From NCBI GenBank assembly GCA_964469335.1, contig CAYXYK010000003.1, forward strand, positions 3,315 through 67,314: DNA of 64,000 nucleotides, written 5' to 3'. Under the pieces are notes generated by a model. The model saw only the letters and a list, made by a program, of their open reading frames with translations, ran no database searches and was not told the origin of the DNA. Positions 8,616-17,256 of the stretch are shown here, piece by piece; position 1 is the stretch's first letter, and every line of letters starts with the position of its first letter. This DNA is from an uncultured Candidatus Saccharibacteria bacterium. Its GTDB lineage: Bacteria > Patescibacteriota > Minisyncoccia > Phycocordibacterales > UBA6899. Both the position numbers and the translations under genes were made by a program.

Positions 8616-9821
8616 ATGAAAAAAGTACTGATATTCTCCCTCGCATATTTTCCGAAACACGTCGGCGGGGCAGAAGTTGCGATCAAGGAGATCGTCGAGC
8701 GCATCCCAAAAGAGGAGATCGAATTCCATATGGTCACTTTACGATTCGATTCAACACTTCCTGCTATTGAAAACGTGGGGGGGATCCTTGTTCATCGCAT
8801 CGGGTTCACAAAGCCGAACCCTGGCATGGGAGATCTGCGCAAATTCCCGCTCCATTTGAATAAATTCCTCTATCAATTCTATGCACCGCTCGTCGCATGG
8901 AAGCTCGATCGGAAATATCACTATAATGGTGCATGGGCGATGATGGCACATTCATGTGGAGTGCCAACCACCATTTTCAACATCCTTTCAGGAGTGCCGT
9001 ACCTTCTTACACTCCAAGAAGGTGACCCGATCCCATACATCATGAAGAAGGCACGACCTGTGTATCCGCTGTTTATTCGCGCATTCAGAAAAGCGAAAGT
9101 GATCCAAGCAATCTCGACCTATCTTGCCACATGGGCGAAAGACATGGGTTTCAAGGGCCCGATCGAAGTCGTACCGAATGCAGTCAACACCGAACATTTC
9201 TCTCAAGAATTCCCCCAAAACGAGCTCGATGCCTTGAAAAAGGAACTCGGGAAGAAGGAGGGAGAGAAATATATCATCACCACGTCCCGTCTTGTCACCA
9301 AGAATGCGGTCGACATCGTCATCCGTGCGATGAAACTGCTTCCCCCGAACGTCACATTCCTTATCCTTGGCATCGGTCCGGACGAGGAGATGCTCAAGCA
9401 GCTTGCGAAGGATCAGGGTGTGGAGTCGCGCGTACGCTTTCTCGGGCAGAAAGGTCATGCTGAACTTCCTAAGTATCTGAAGATCTCAGATGTGTTCACA
9501 AGACCGTCACGCTCGGAAGGGATGGGGAATTCATTCGTCGAGGCGATGGCAGCGAAGATTCCTGTGGTCGCCACTGCGGAAGGTGGAATCACGGATTTCC
9601 TGTTCGATCCCGAGATCAATCCTGAAAAAAAACCGACCGGCCTCTTTGCGAAGACTGCTGATTTCGAGGATACCGCAATGAGACTCAAGCGTTTTCTCGA
9701 TGACACGGCACTCCGTGATCGCTGTATCGAGAATGCTTACGCCCTGGTCATGGCTCAGTACGACTGGGATCTGATAGCCAAGAATATGCGTGAAAAGGTG
9801 TTCGCAAAACTCTTCGCATAA
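8616..9821 (+). CDS. GT4 family glycosyltransferase
   Basis: GT-B fold with C-terminal EGMGNSFVEAMAAKIPVVATAEGG (the E-x7-E motif of retaining GT4). Confidence 0.8.
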   Translation: MKKVLIFSLAYFPKHVGGAEVAIKEIVERIPKEEIEFHMVTLRFDSTLPAIENVGGILVHRIGFTKPNPGMGDLRKFPLHLNKFLYQFYAPLVAWKLDRKYHYNGAWAMMAHSCGVPTTIFNILSGVPYLLTLQEGDPIPYIMKKARPVYPLFIRAFRKAKVIQAISTYLATWAKDMGFKGPIEVVPNAVNTEHFSQEFPQNELDALKKELGKKEGEKYIITTSRLVTKNAVDIVIRAMKLLPPNVTFLILGIGPDEEMLKQLAKDQGVESRVRFLGQKGHAELPKYLKISDVFTRPSRSEGMGNSFVEAMAAKIPVVATAEGGITDFLFDPEINPEKKPTGLFAKTADFEDTAMRLKRFLDDTALRDRCIENAYALVMAQYDWDLIAKNMREKVFAKLFA

Positions 9822-9854
9822 CACCTTCTTCTGGTGTAGGATGTTGATATTCCT

Positions 9855-10961
9855 ATGAGATTACTCATTGCCACACCACTCTATCCGCCCGACGACGGTG
9901 GGCCGGCGACATATGCGAAACTTCTCGAAACAGCACTCCCTGCAAAAGGGATAACCGCGAGCGTTGTCTCGTTCAGTAACTATCGGCATTTACAAAAAGG
10001 GATTAGTCACCTCTCTTACACTTGGGCTCTTTTTTGCGCAGCAAAAAAAGCGGATATCATCCTGGCTCTCGACCCAGTCTCGGTCGGATTGCCGGCGCTT
10101 ATTGTTTCATATCTCAGGAGAAAGCCGCTCATCCTCAAAATGGTAGGAGACTACGCATGGGAGCAGGGGACACAGCGCTTCGGAGTGAAGGAGAATCTAG
10201 ATGAATTCGTGAAGCGAAATGACTATCCGAGCGCTGTTCGCACTCTCCGAGCGGTCGAAAAACAAGTTGCTGAACGTGCTGAGCAAGTTATCGTTCCGAG
10301 CGAATATCTGAAAGGTATCGTGATGGCATGGGGGATACCGGGCGAGAAGATCTCGGTAGTCTACAATGCATTCAACTCAGACCTACCTACCGCTTCAAAG
10401 GAAGTGCTACGCAAGAAATTCAATTACGGTCATCCAGTCATCATCTCGGTCGGGCGGATGGTGCCGTGGAAAGGCTTCAAGGGTTTGATGGATGCGGCGG
10501 CACCGCTTGTAGAGGAATTCCCTAGACTTACGCTTGAGATTGTCGGGAGCGGTGACCGTGGCGAGTATGAATCATATGCCAAAGAAAAAGGATATGAGTT
10601 CGTACATTTCTCTCCCAATCAATCACATGATGAGATCCTTTCGCGCATCAAGGCGGCAGACTGCTTCGCGCTCAATACCGGATATGAAGGGCTCTCGCAT
10701 CTCCTCCTCGAGGCGATGGCGGTCGAGACACCGATCGTGACGACTCATGTCGGAGGCAACACCGAGCTTTTGACCGGAGAGCGCGGAGTGCTGCTTCCAT
10801 ACAATGATATCGCTGCGATCACAAAAGCATTGCGCGATACACTTACTGACAAAAAGAAGGCACAAGAGATGGCATCGCGAGCGGGGGAGTATGTACAAGG
10901 ATTCACCGAGCCGCATATGCTAGAATCCCTAGTGTCACTACTCAATACCGTAAAGATATGA
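9855..10961 (+). CDS. GT4 family glycosyltransferase
   Basis: MRLLIATPLYPPDDGGPATYA N-terminus and EGLSHLLLEAMAVETPIVTTHVGGNTE E-x7-E motif. Confidence 0.8.
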   Translation: MRLLIATPLYPPDDGGPATYAKLLETALPAKGITASVVSFSNYRHLQKGISHLSYTWALFCAAKKADIILALDPVSVGLPALIVSYLRRKPLILKMVGDYAWEQGTQRFGVKENLDEFVKRNDYPSAVRTLRAVEKQVAERAEQVIVPSEYLKGIVMAWGIPGEKISVVYNAFNSDLPTASKEVLRKKFNYGHPVIISVGRMVPWKGFKGLMDAAAPLVEEFPRLTLEIVGSGDRGEYESYAKEKGYEFVHFSPNQSHDEILSRIKAADCFALNTGYEGLSHLLLEAMAVETPIVTTHVGGNTELLTGERGVLLPYNDIAAITKALRDTLTDKKKAQEMASRAGEYVQGFTEPHMLESLVSLLNTVKI

Positions 10962-12160
10962 AACTCCTGATGTACTCAACCGACCGGGCACTCTTTGATG
11001 AGGAGTCACCTGTGCGCGCCAGACTTCTTGAACAGGCGAATCTCGCCACCACACTCGATGTGGTCGTATTCACTCCGCGAGGTGAAAAATTCAAACAGTT
11101 CAAGCTTGGTCGCAAACTCACCATACATCCGACCACATCGTCGTCGAAGTTCTCGTATTTGTCTGATGCATATAAGCTTGGCAAAAGCATTCTTGAGAAC
11201 GCAGAGGATAAGAGTAAGTGGCTCATCACCACTCAGGATCCATTCCTGACCGGAGCTATTGGCTTTTTTCTCTCACGAAAATTCTCCATACCACTTCATC
11301 TCCAGCTTCATACCGACCCATGGAGCCGTGAGTGGCGAGCGGAACGTCTGCGCAATAAATTCGAGCTACTCATCGCCTCATTCCTGCTCACCCGTGCAGA
11401 CGGTGTACGAGTGGTATCACAGCGAGTGAGGGCTTCTGTGCTTTCCCTCGGAGTGACACCTGACAAGATCACTCGTGTGCCGATCTGGGTGGATACGAAG
11501 ATGTTCAGGGAGGGTATCCCGAATTTCGATCTACATCGTACCTATCCTGAATTCTCGAACATCATTCTCTCCATCGGAAGATTGCAACCAGAGAAGAATT
11601 ATACGAAACTCATCAAGGTGTTCGCGCACATCTCACGTGTTCATAGTGATGCGATGCTCATCATCGTCGGTTCGGGTCCCGAACGTGAGCGATTGGTGAA
11701 TCTTTCCCGAACACTCGGTATCGACAAGGCGGTCGTGATCCTACCTTGGGCACGTGACGTCGTTTCGTATTATAAGACTTCCGACATCTATGTGCAGCCG
11801 TCACTCTATGAAGGTTGGTGCCTCACAGCTATCGAAGCGATGTCGGCTGGGACTCCCGTTGTCATGACCGACGTTGGCTGTGCAGGCGAAGTGGTCAGGA
11901 ACGAAGAAACAGGGCTGGTGGTCCCCACTCAAAGTGAGGAGGCACTCACACTTGCGCTGAACAGACTAATCGAGGATAGTACCCTGCGGGCAACATTGTC
12001 CCTCGCTGGGAAGGAAGAGAGTAAACGGCTTGCCACTAAAGAAGAGACGCTGGCGTTATATAAACAAAGCTGGGAAAAAGCATTCGGCAAGAAGGAAACG
12101 AAACATCCAACGAAAAAGAAAACAACTGAACGTGGAACAAAAACAAAAAAGAAATCCTAG
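10958..12160 (+). CDS. GT4 family glycosyltransferase with Lys-rich C-terminal tail
   Basis: EGWCLTAIEAMSAGTPVVMTDVGCAGEVV motif. Its 4-nt start overlaps the previous stop (ATGA). The C-terminus is KKETKHPTKKKTTERGTKTKKKS. Confidence 0.8.
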   Translation: MKLLMYSTDRALFDEESPVRARLLEQANLATTLDVVVFTPRGEKFKQFKLGRKLTIHPTTSSSKFSYLSDAYKLGKSILENAEDKSKWLITTQDPFLTGAIGFFLSRKFSIPLHLQLHTDPWSREWRAERLRNKFELLIASFLLTRADGVRVVSQRVRASVLSLGVTPDKITRVPIWVDTKMFREGIPNFDLHRTYPEFSNIILSIGRLQPEKNYTKLIKVFAHISRVHSDAMLIIVGSGPERERLVNLSRTLGIDKAVVILPWARDVVSYYKTSDIYVQPSLYEGWCLTAIEAMSAGTPVVMTDVGCAGEVVRNEETGLVVPTQSEEALTLALNRLIEDSTLRATLSLAGKEESKRLATKEETLALYKQSWEKAFGKKETKHPTKKKTTERGTKTKKKS

Positions 12161-12167
12161 AATTGTC

Positions 12168-13127
12168 GTGATCGGAGGGGGTACCGGAACTTTTACCGTG
12201 CTTTCCGGACTCAAACATTACCCGGTAGACCTTACCGCTGTGGTAACGATGGCGGACGACGGGGGCTCGACCGGAGTACTACGTGATGAGTTCGGTGTAC
12301 TTCCGCCAGGGGATGTGCGACAGTGTTTGGTGGCACTTGCAGATGAGGATCTCCTCATGCGTAAACTCTTCAATCATCGCTATGACAGAGGTTCACTCAA
12401 GGGGCATAGCTTCGGCAATATCTTCATCTCGACACTCGAACAGGTTGCGGGGAGTATCGATAAAGCGATCGATGTCGCCGCGAATATCCTGAATGTCCGC
12501 GGGCGTGTCGTTCCCGTCACGCTCGACCAGATCGCGCTGCACGCAGAACTCAATAACGGCAAGATACTCAATGGTGAGAGTGCGCTCATGGAGTATCAGC
12601 TGGTTTCCAAGTATGGGATCAAGAAGATATATCTCGACCCAGCAGGAAAGGCGAATCCGAAAGCACTCAAGGCAGTCGCAGAAGCGGATCTCATTGTTGT
12701 CGGGCCAGGAAAGCTCTATACATCGATACTGCCGAACTTCCTTGTTAAAGGCGTTCCGCGCGCTTTTGCACGTTCGAAAGCCAAGAAAGTGTTCATTGCG
12801 AACCTGATGAGTCAGCAGGGACATACCGATAATTTCTCCGTTTGTGATTATGTCGAAGTGCTTGAAGCATATATAGGAAAGCATGTATTCGACACCATTC
12901 TTTTCAATACCAAGAAACCCCCTCAAGCATTGGTACGCCGCTATGCTGATGAGGGTGAGCCGGTCGTCTGCACTGAGGAATGTAAGAAGAGTGGTTATGA
13001 ACTTGTCGGGAAAGACCTGCTTGCAGAGGGGATAGCGAACACGCCAAAGAAAGACCTGCTCCGCCGCACGCTCATTCGGCACGATTCCGACAAGCTTGCG
13101 AAGGCGATAATCAAGCTTCTGGGATAG
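12168..13127 (+). CDS. yvcK: YvcK/CofD-like (UPF0052, gluconeogenesis-factor / UDP-GlcNAc-binding) family protein
   Basis: IVVIGGGTGTFTVLSGLKHYPVDLTAVVTMADDGGSTGVLRDEFGVLPPGDVRQCLVAL matches the YvcK family signature. The start is uncertain. The track ATG at 12030 gives a Lys/Arg-rich extension that overlaps 130 nt of the upstream gene in an A-rich stretch. I prefer the GTG at 12168, just after the upstream stop. Confidence 0.7.
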   Translation: MIGGGTGTFTVLSGLKHYPVDLTAVVTMADDGGSTGVLRDEFGVLPPGDVRQCLVALADEDLLMRKLFNHRYDRGSLKGHSFGNIFISTLEQVAGSIDKAIDVAANILNVRGRVVPVTLDQIALHAELNNGKILNGESALMEYQLVSKYGIKKIYLDPAGKANPKALKAVAEADLIVVGPGKLYTSILPNFLVKGVPRAFARSKAKKVFIANLMSQQGHTDNFSVCDYVEVLEAYIGKHVFDTILFNTKKPPQALVRRYADEGEPVVCTEECKKSGYELVGKDLLAEGIANTPKKDLLRRTLIRHDSDKLAKAIIKLLG

Positions 13128-13156
13128 TTGACAATATCTTAATTATCTGCTACTAT
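13128..13156 (+). promoter_or_regulatory. putative sigma70-like promoter TTGACA-17-TACTAT heading high-GC cassette 3
   Basis: A consensus -35 TTGACA at 13128-13133 and TACTAT at 13151-13156. It is followed by a leader of about 150 nt before the small ORF at 13317. Confidence 0.4.
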
Positions 13157-13316
13157 ATTTTCATATCGTTCTTTGATTCATACCCCTTTCCGACTTTACT
13201 TTGTCGGTCAGGCTCAACTCTGTGATGAGAAGAACTCTCAAATACGCTCGCAAGAGACGTAATCCGTCCACGAAGTGGGCATGTGCTAGTGTGCTTTCAC
13301 CAAAGGAGAAATATCC

Positions 13317-13496
13317 ATGGAATGGGTTCTCGTGATCTTTCTGCTGGTCCAAGGCCAATCGGCTGCGATCGGCAAGATCGAAGGTTTCCCAACCGAACAG
13401 GCATGTAACGATGCTTGGAACAAGATTCTCAAGGATCGGGCACAGGCAGGCCAGGCTGGGTCTTGGCTAAACCTGAGCTGTGTGCGAAAGAAATAG
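13317..13496 (+). CDS. small (59 aa) putative secreted/membrane peptide with two Cys, not in the ORF track
   Basis: ATG at 13317 is preceded by AAAGGAGAA (GGAG at 13305-8, spacing 8). Translation is MEWVLVIFLLVQGQSAAIGKIEGFPTEQACNDAWNKILKDRAQAGQAGSWLNLSCVRKK*, with stop TAG at 13494-6. It has a hydrophobic N-terminus resembling a signal peptide. Its 59 codons are just below the 60-aa track cutoff. Confidence 0.5.
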   Translation: MEWVLVIFLLVQGQSAAIGKIEGFPTEQACNDAWNKILKDRAQAGQAGSWLNLSCVRKK

Positions 13497-13594
13497 CATA
13501 CCAACAAAAGACGTTTTCAAGGATTTGTGCAGTATGCACGAATAGTCGTATCCATACCATTGGATGCATCACCCCACTATCAAGGAGAAGAGGA

Positions 13595-14500
13595 ATGCAA
13601 CTCAAGAAACACGAAGACCGTCTCGCGGTCGTCATTCGCACGTTCCAAGCGGGCGCACGCGTCGCTGGCAGCAACAAGGAGTGGAATCCCGTGACGTTCG
13701 AAAAGAGCGTGCGCGACCCTCTCTCAGCGTTGATCGACTCGGCACCACCTTCGCTTGCTCGCGTCATCATCGTTTCCTGTGGTGACAACAACTCGCCGTT
13801 GCGGGAGATGGTCGACGCCGAAGGGAAGACCCCGACGATGCGCGCAGTGCAGCAGGCGTTCCCGGAGGAGATCGCGCGTGGTTTCATCAAGGCCGTGCTC
13901 GATCCGAACTGGGGCAAGAATGCCGGAAGTGCATCGGCGCTCAATGTCGGCTGGCGTGCCGCTTCTGACGACGGCGACATCAACCTCGTCTTGTCGTGGA
14001 ACCCGGACTTCCACTTGCCCGGGCACACGCTCGCCGCCGGACTCGAGCACATGCGCCGTTACTTCCTGCCGATCTGCGGCTTCTACCGAGAAGGCTGGTA
14101 CCAACGATTCCAGTGGAACATGTTCCAGAACACCGCCACCATCTACAAGATGGAGTTCCTCAAGGAGCATGGCGGCTTCTCTCCGCGTTGCGATGGTAAT
14201 GCTGACGAGACGGTCGACGTAGGCGGTACCCCGGTGCGCCTCGCCGGCATGGATGACTTCTACGCTTATCTCACGGCAATGAAGCACATCGGCGCTGCGG
14301 TCCCTTGGGGGATGTACGGCGTGATGAAGGCATCCGATTGGGAGATCGAATTCGCCGATGACCCGCTGAAGCAGAAGATGTTCGACGAGAAGGTTCGTCG
14401 TCAACTCGTCGTGATGCAAGCCTGGGCGAAGGAGATCTTCCCGGATGTCCCGTTCTGGACCTTGATCGCCGAGATCTTCCAGATGCTGCGGCAAGCCTGA
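13595..14500 (+). CDS. hypothetical protein, possibly GT-A-fold (GT2-like) glycosyltransferase
   Basis: I chose the start at ATG 13595 (MQLKKHEDRLAVVIRTF), which follows AAGGAGAAGAGG, rather than 13415. The weak GT-A-like pattern is LAVVIRTF...ALNVGWRAASDDGDINLVLSWNPD. It lies in the high-GC cassette. Confidence 0.5.
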   Translation: MQLKKHEDRLAVVIRTFQAGARVAGSNKEWNPVTFEKSVRDPLSALIDSAPPSLARVIIVSCGDNNSPLREMVDAEGKTPTMRAVQQAFPEEIARGFIKAVLDPNWGKNAGSASALNVGWRAASDDGDINLVLSWNPDFHLPGHTLAAGLEHMRRYFLPICGFYREGWYQRFQWNMFQNTATIYKMEFLKEHGGFSPRCDGNADETVDVGGTPVRLAGMDDFYAYLTAMKHIGAAVPWGMYGVMKASDWEIEFADDPLKQKMFDEKVRRQLVVMQAWAKEIFPDVPFWTLIAEIFQMLRQA

Positions 14501-14562
14501 GTTCCAACCATACCCGAGTGGAGCGATTCCGCTTGGGACTTCAACTGAAGGAGAGCAGATAT

Positions 14563-15045
14563 ATGATCTCACACGACAAGCAGGAAGAACTCTACCGCTT
14601 CGTGGCAAGCCGCTTCGGCATGAACGACAAGCCCAGGCTGCATCTCACCGGACTCTTCACCACCGGTGGGTGCAATGGGCAAGCGGTGATCGAAGCCGGC
14701 TACAACATCGGGTATGTTGCAAGGCAGCTCACCGATGGGGAAATGCCGGACGGCGACGCACTCGAGGCGGTGTACGAGAAGCTCAGTGCACCGTTCGCGA
14801 ACTACCAGCCGGTCGGGCACGACTCGTACTGGGAGGAAGATGCCTACCATGCGAATGCCCTCCACATCCTCCGGGTGCACAAGGAGCTCATCTTCCGCAT
14901 CGCACGCGAGCTCTGGGACCTTTTCCCGGAGATCCACCAGCGGTTCGGCGAGCATGCTCCCGGAATGGAACCGGCAACCTTCTTCCGTGAGCACATGGGT
15001 GGCTTCGCTTTCCAGTGGGTCGAGCTCGATCGGGGTAAGAAATAG
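14563..15045 (+). CDS. hypothetical protein (160 aa)
   Basis: ATG 14563 follows AAGGAGAG. No motif recognised. It is the last gene of the high-GC cassette. Confidence 0.55.
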   Translation: MISHDKQEELYRFVASRFGMNDKPRLHLTGLFTTGGCNGQAVIEAGYNIGYVARQLTDGEMPDGDALEAVYEKLSAPFANYQPVGHDSYWEEDAYHANALHILRVHKELIFRIARELWDLFPEIHQRFGEHAPGMEPATFFREHMGGFAFQWVELDRGKK

Positions 15046-15081
15046 CACGCACCCAAGCTCGATGCGCGCTTCGTTCTTTTG

Positions 15082-15114
15082 AAACCTCATGAGGAAACTC
15101 ATGGGGTTTTTGTT
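15082..15114 (+). terminator. rho-independent terminator
   Basis: AAACCTCATGAG-gaaa-CTCATGGGGTTT forms an 11-bp stem with one G-U pair, followed by TTTTTGTT. Confidence 0.55.
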
Positions 15115-15125
15115 ATACTGTTTCT

Positions 15126-16070
15126 ATGGACGATACAGAGCGCGATGCACTGAAACTACTCGAACGTAACCGCGTTGGGGCGCTTTTACGCGTATACGCA
15201 TATACGCCCGAAGCAGTTGATTTCCAGATAAATTCTGCGATGCAGGCACTGCGCAGACTGTTGGTACTTCGCACAGGAGGAAGGCAGACATTCAATCGTA
15301 TCGACTTTCTTGTATCGAGCGACCCTGACTTTGAAGACACCGACTGCGGACTCATGACAGAACGGCTGCGTGATGCAGTTCGGTCGGAATTCCCGGATGC
15401 ACCGGTGAATGTGTCCGAAATAAAGAAAGGAGACATCTACTGCATGCTGCTCAATTATGGTGTTGCCAACCAACTCGAGGATCGTATCGCATACTCTATG
15501 ATCATTTCCCATGCCGCATCGAGCTACGCGACAGCGGAGACGGTCAACGGTCTCCTCGCAGCGATGTACAACAAGGCACGGGTCGCTGGAGTTGCTATCA
15601 ATGAGCTTGCGCCGCTTGTCTCACGCGGGCTATTGATGAACACATTCATCATGTGGCACAACAAAAGCCTGATGACGATCGGCGGATTCGATCTCATTGC
15701 CGCTAAGCCTGCACTTGTCCATGCCCACACCAGAGAGAAAGTGAAGGGATGGAGTGACAAGAAAGCCGAGCGGCACGGAGACGGCAATGTCGAATACCAC
15801 GTCGCTGGCTGCGAAGAGATCATTCCGCTCACTCGATTTGTGCGATTTTTCGGTAAGTGTCTCCAAGTTGTTGAGCCAGTCGGGACAGAGATGGAATGGG
15901 TCGAACCCGATATGGAAAAGGATAGCAGAGCATACCATCGACATCTTGCAAAACTTGCGACCAAAGTGGAGCGCCAAAAACGTATGGCTGCTACCCAAGG
16001 GGTCGATCTCGAGTTCATACAGAGGGGGCTGATGGATGCCAATATAGACAAGGAATCCGGAAGTATATAA
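15126..16070 (+). CDS. hypothetical protein (314 aa)
   Basis: Long ORF with no motif recognised. The ATG lies 6 nt after TGTTATACT, an extended -10-like element, so the mRNA may be leaderless. Confidence 0.55.
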   Translation: MDDTERDALKLLERNRVGALLRVYAYTPEAVDFQINSAMQALRRLLVLRTGGRQTFNRIDFLVSSDPDFEDTDCGLMTERLRDAVRSEFPDAPVNVSEIKKGDIYCMLLNYGVANQLEDRIAYSMIISHAASSYATAETVNGLLAAMYNKARVAGVAINELAPLVSRGLLMNTFIMWHNKSLMTIGGFDLIAAKPALVHAHTREKVKGWSDKKAERHGDGNVEYHVAGCEEIIPLTRFVRFFGKCLQVVEPVGTEMEWVEPDMEKDSRAYHRHLAKLATKVERQKRMAATQGVDLEFIQRGLMDANIDKESGSI

Positions 16071-16089
16071 TATTGCCCTCACAAGACAT

Positions 16090-17052
16090 ATGAAAATTCT
16101 CATCACAGGCATCGGAGGAGCGATCGGTTCACATGTCGCAGAAGCGCTCTTGGCGCGTAACGACGAAGTCATTGGCATCGACAATCTTGATCCGTACTAC
16201 GATCCGCGCATCAAACAGCTCAACATCAAAGATGTCGAGCAAGCAGGGGGCAAGGTGGTGATCGCGGACATCAACACACACGACCTCAGTACTTTCGGTG
16301 ACGTTGATGCGATACTCCACTTCGCAGCGCAGCCCGGAATTTCCGCAGGTACGAGTTTTGACCACTATGTGAAAAATAATATCAGCTCGACCCATAAACT
16401 ACTCAGTTATGCACTTGCAAAGCCTGATCTTAAAGCATTCGTGCATATTTCGACATCGTCGGTGTATGGAACGACAGCAATGGGAAGTGAGGAAGAACTC
16501 CCTCGTCCGACTTCACCCTATGGTGTCACCAAACTCGCTGCAGAACAGCTCGCACTCTCAAAATTCCGCAGTGACAAGCTCCCGGTCACGGCACTCCGCC
16601 TTTTTTCGGTATTCGGTCCACGCGAGCGCCCCGAGAAGCTCTACCACAAACTCATCCATGCCATCGAGACAGGGAACACTTTCCCACTCCACGAAGGCAG
16701 CGAGAAGCATCTGCGTAGCTTCACCTACATCGATGACATCGTTGACGGTGTCACTCGCGCACTGGATCGTATCGATAAGGCACAGGGTGAGATCATCAAT
16801 ATCGGCACCGAAGAGTTACGCACTACCGGTGATGGGATCGCTATTATCGAACGCATCACCGGGGTGAAGGCCCCGCTCACAAAGAGCCCTCCTCGCTACG
16901 GTGATCAACGGGAGACCCACGCAAAGATCGCAAAAGCGAAGGATCTACTCGGCTTCACCCCAAAGGTGACCCTCGAAGAGGGACTCAAGCGTCAGTATCA
17001 GTGGCATAAGGAGAAGCTTCTTCCCCACCTCGAACGCGACGAACAAAAATAG
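16090..17052 (+). CDS. NAD-dependent nucleotide-sugar epimerase (SDR, UDP-glucuronate/UDP-glucose 4-epimerase-like)
   Basis: ILITGIGGAIGSHVAEAL Rossmann motif. HISTSSVYG and YGVTKLAAEQL give the SxnYxxxK catalytic pattern of extended SDR epimerases. Confidence 0.8.
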   Translation: MKILITGIGGAIGSHVAEALLARNDEVIGIDNLDPYYDPRIKQLNIKDVEQAGGKVVIADINTHDLSTFGDVDAILHFAAQPGISAGTSFDHYVKNNISSTHKLLSYALAKPDLKAFVHISTSSVYGTTAMGSEEELPRPTSPYGVTKLAAEQLALSKFRSDKLPVTALRLFSVFGPRERPEKLYHKLIHAIETGNTFPLHEGSEKHLRSFTYIDDIVDGVTRALDRIDKAQGEIINIGTEELRTTGDGIAIIERITGVKAPLTKSPPRYGDQRETHAKIAKAKDLLGFTPKVTLEEGLKRQYQWHKEKLLPHLERDEQK

Positions 17053-17256
17053 CGGACTCCTTCGTTGCGGGTCCCAAGTGCTCGCTCAACGTACTCCGAG
17101 TACGTCTCACTGCGCACTTTACCCGCGTCTCGGATTCCATCTATTTTTGTTCGTCTTTTAATTGCTGCGTTTAAAGTTGCGAGCGGGGGACTACTCTGTT
17201 ATCGTACGGGGATTATCGTCGCGTGACTTTTTTGAAATTCCGCAGTTATTACATAT

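Noticed and set aside
12393-13082. 229-aa minus-strand ORF opposite the YvcK-family gene
   Set aside because: It is antisense to a gene with a clear family signature (GGGTG...DDGGSTG), and the ORF has no motif.
13429-14608. Minus-strand ORFs of 207 and 294 aa plus several other overlapping ORFs in the high-GC cassette
   Set aside because: These are GC-bias artefacts. The plus-strand genes have Shine-Dalgarno sites, a promoter and a terminator, and the minus-strand translations are Arg/Pro/Ser-rich nonsense.
17053-17256. 204-nt intergenic region scanned for tRNA or ncRNA
   Set aside because: It contains a 17-nt palindrome (ACGTACTCcGAGTACGT) but no cloverleaf-compatible tRNA features, and no terminator T-tract. 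It is most simply a promoter or spacer region for the dehydrogenase gene.
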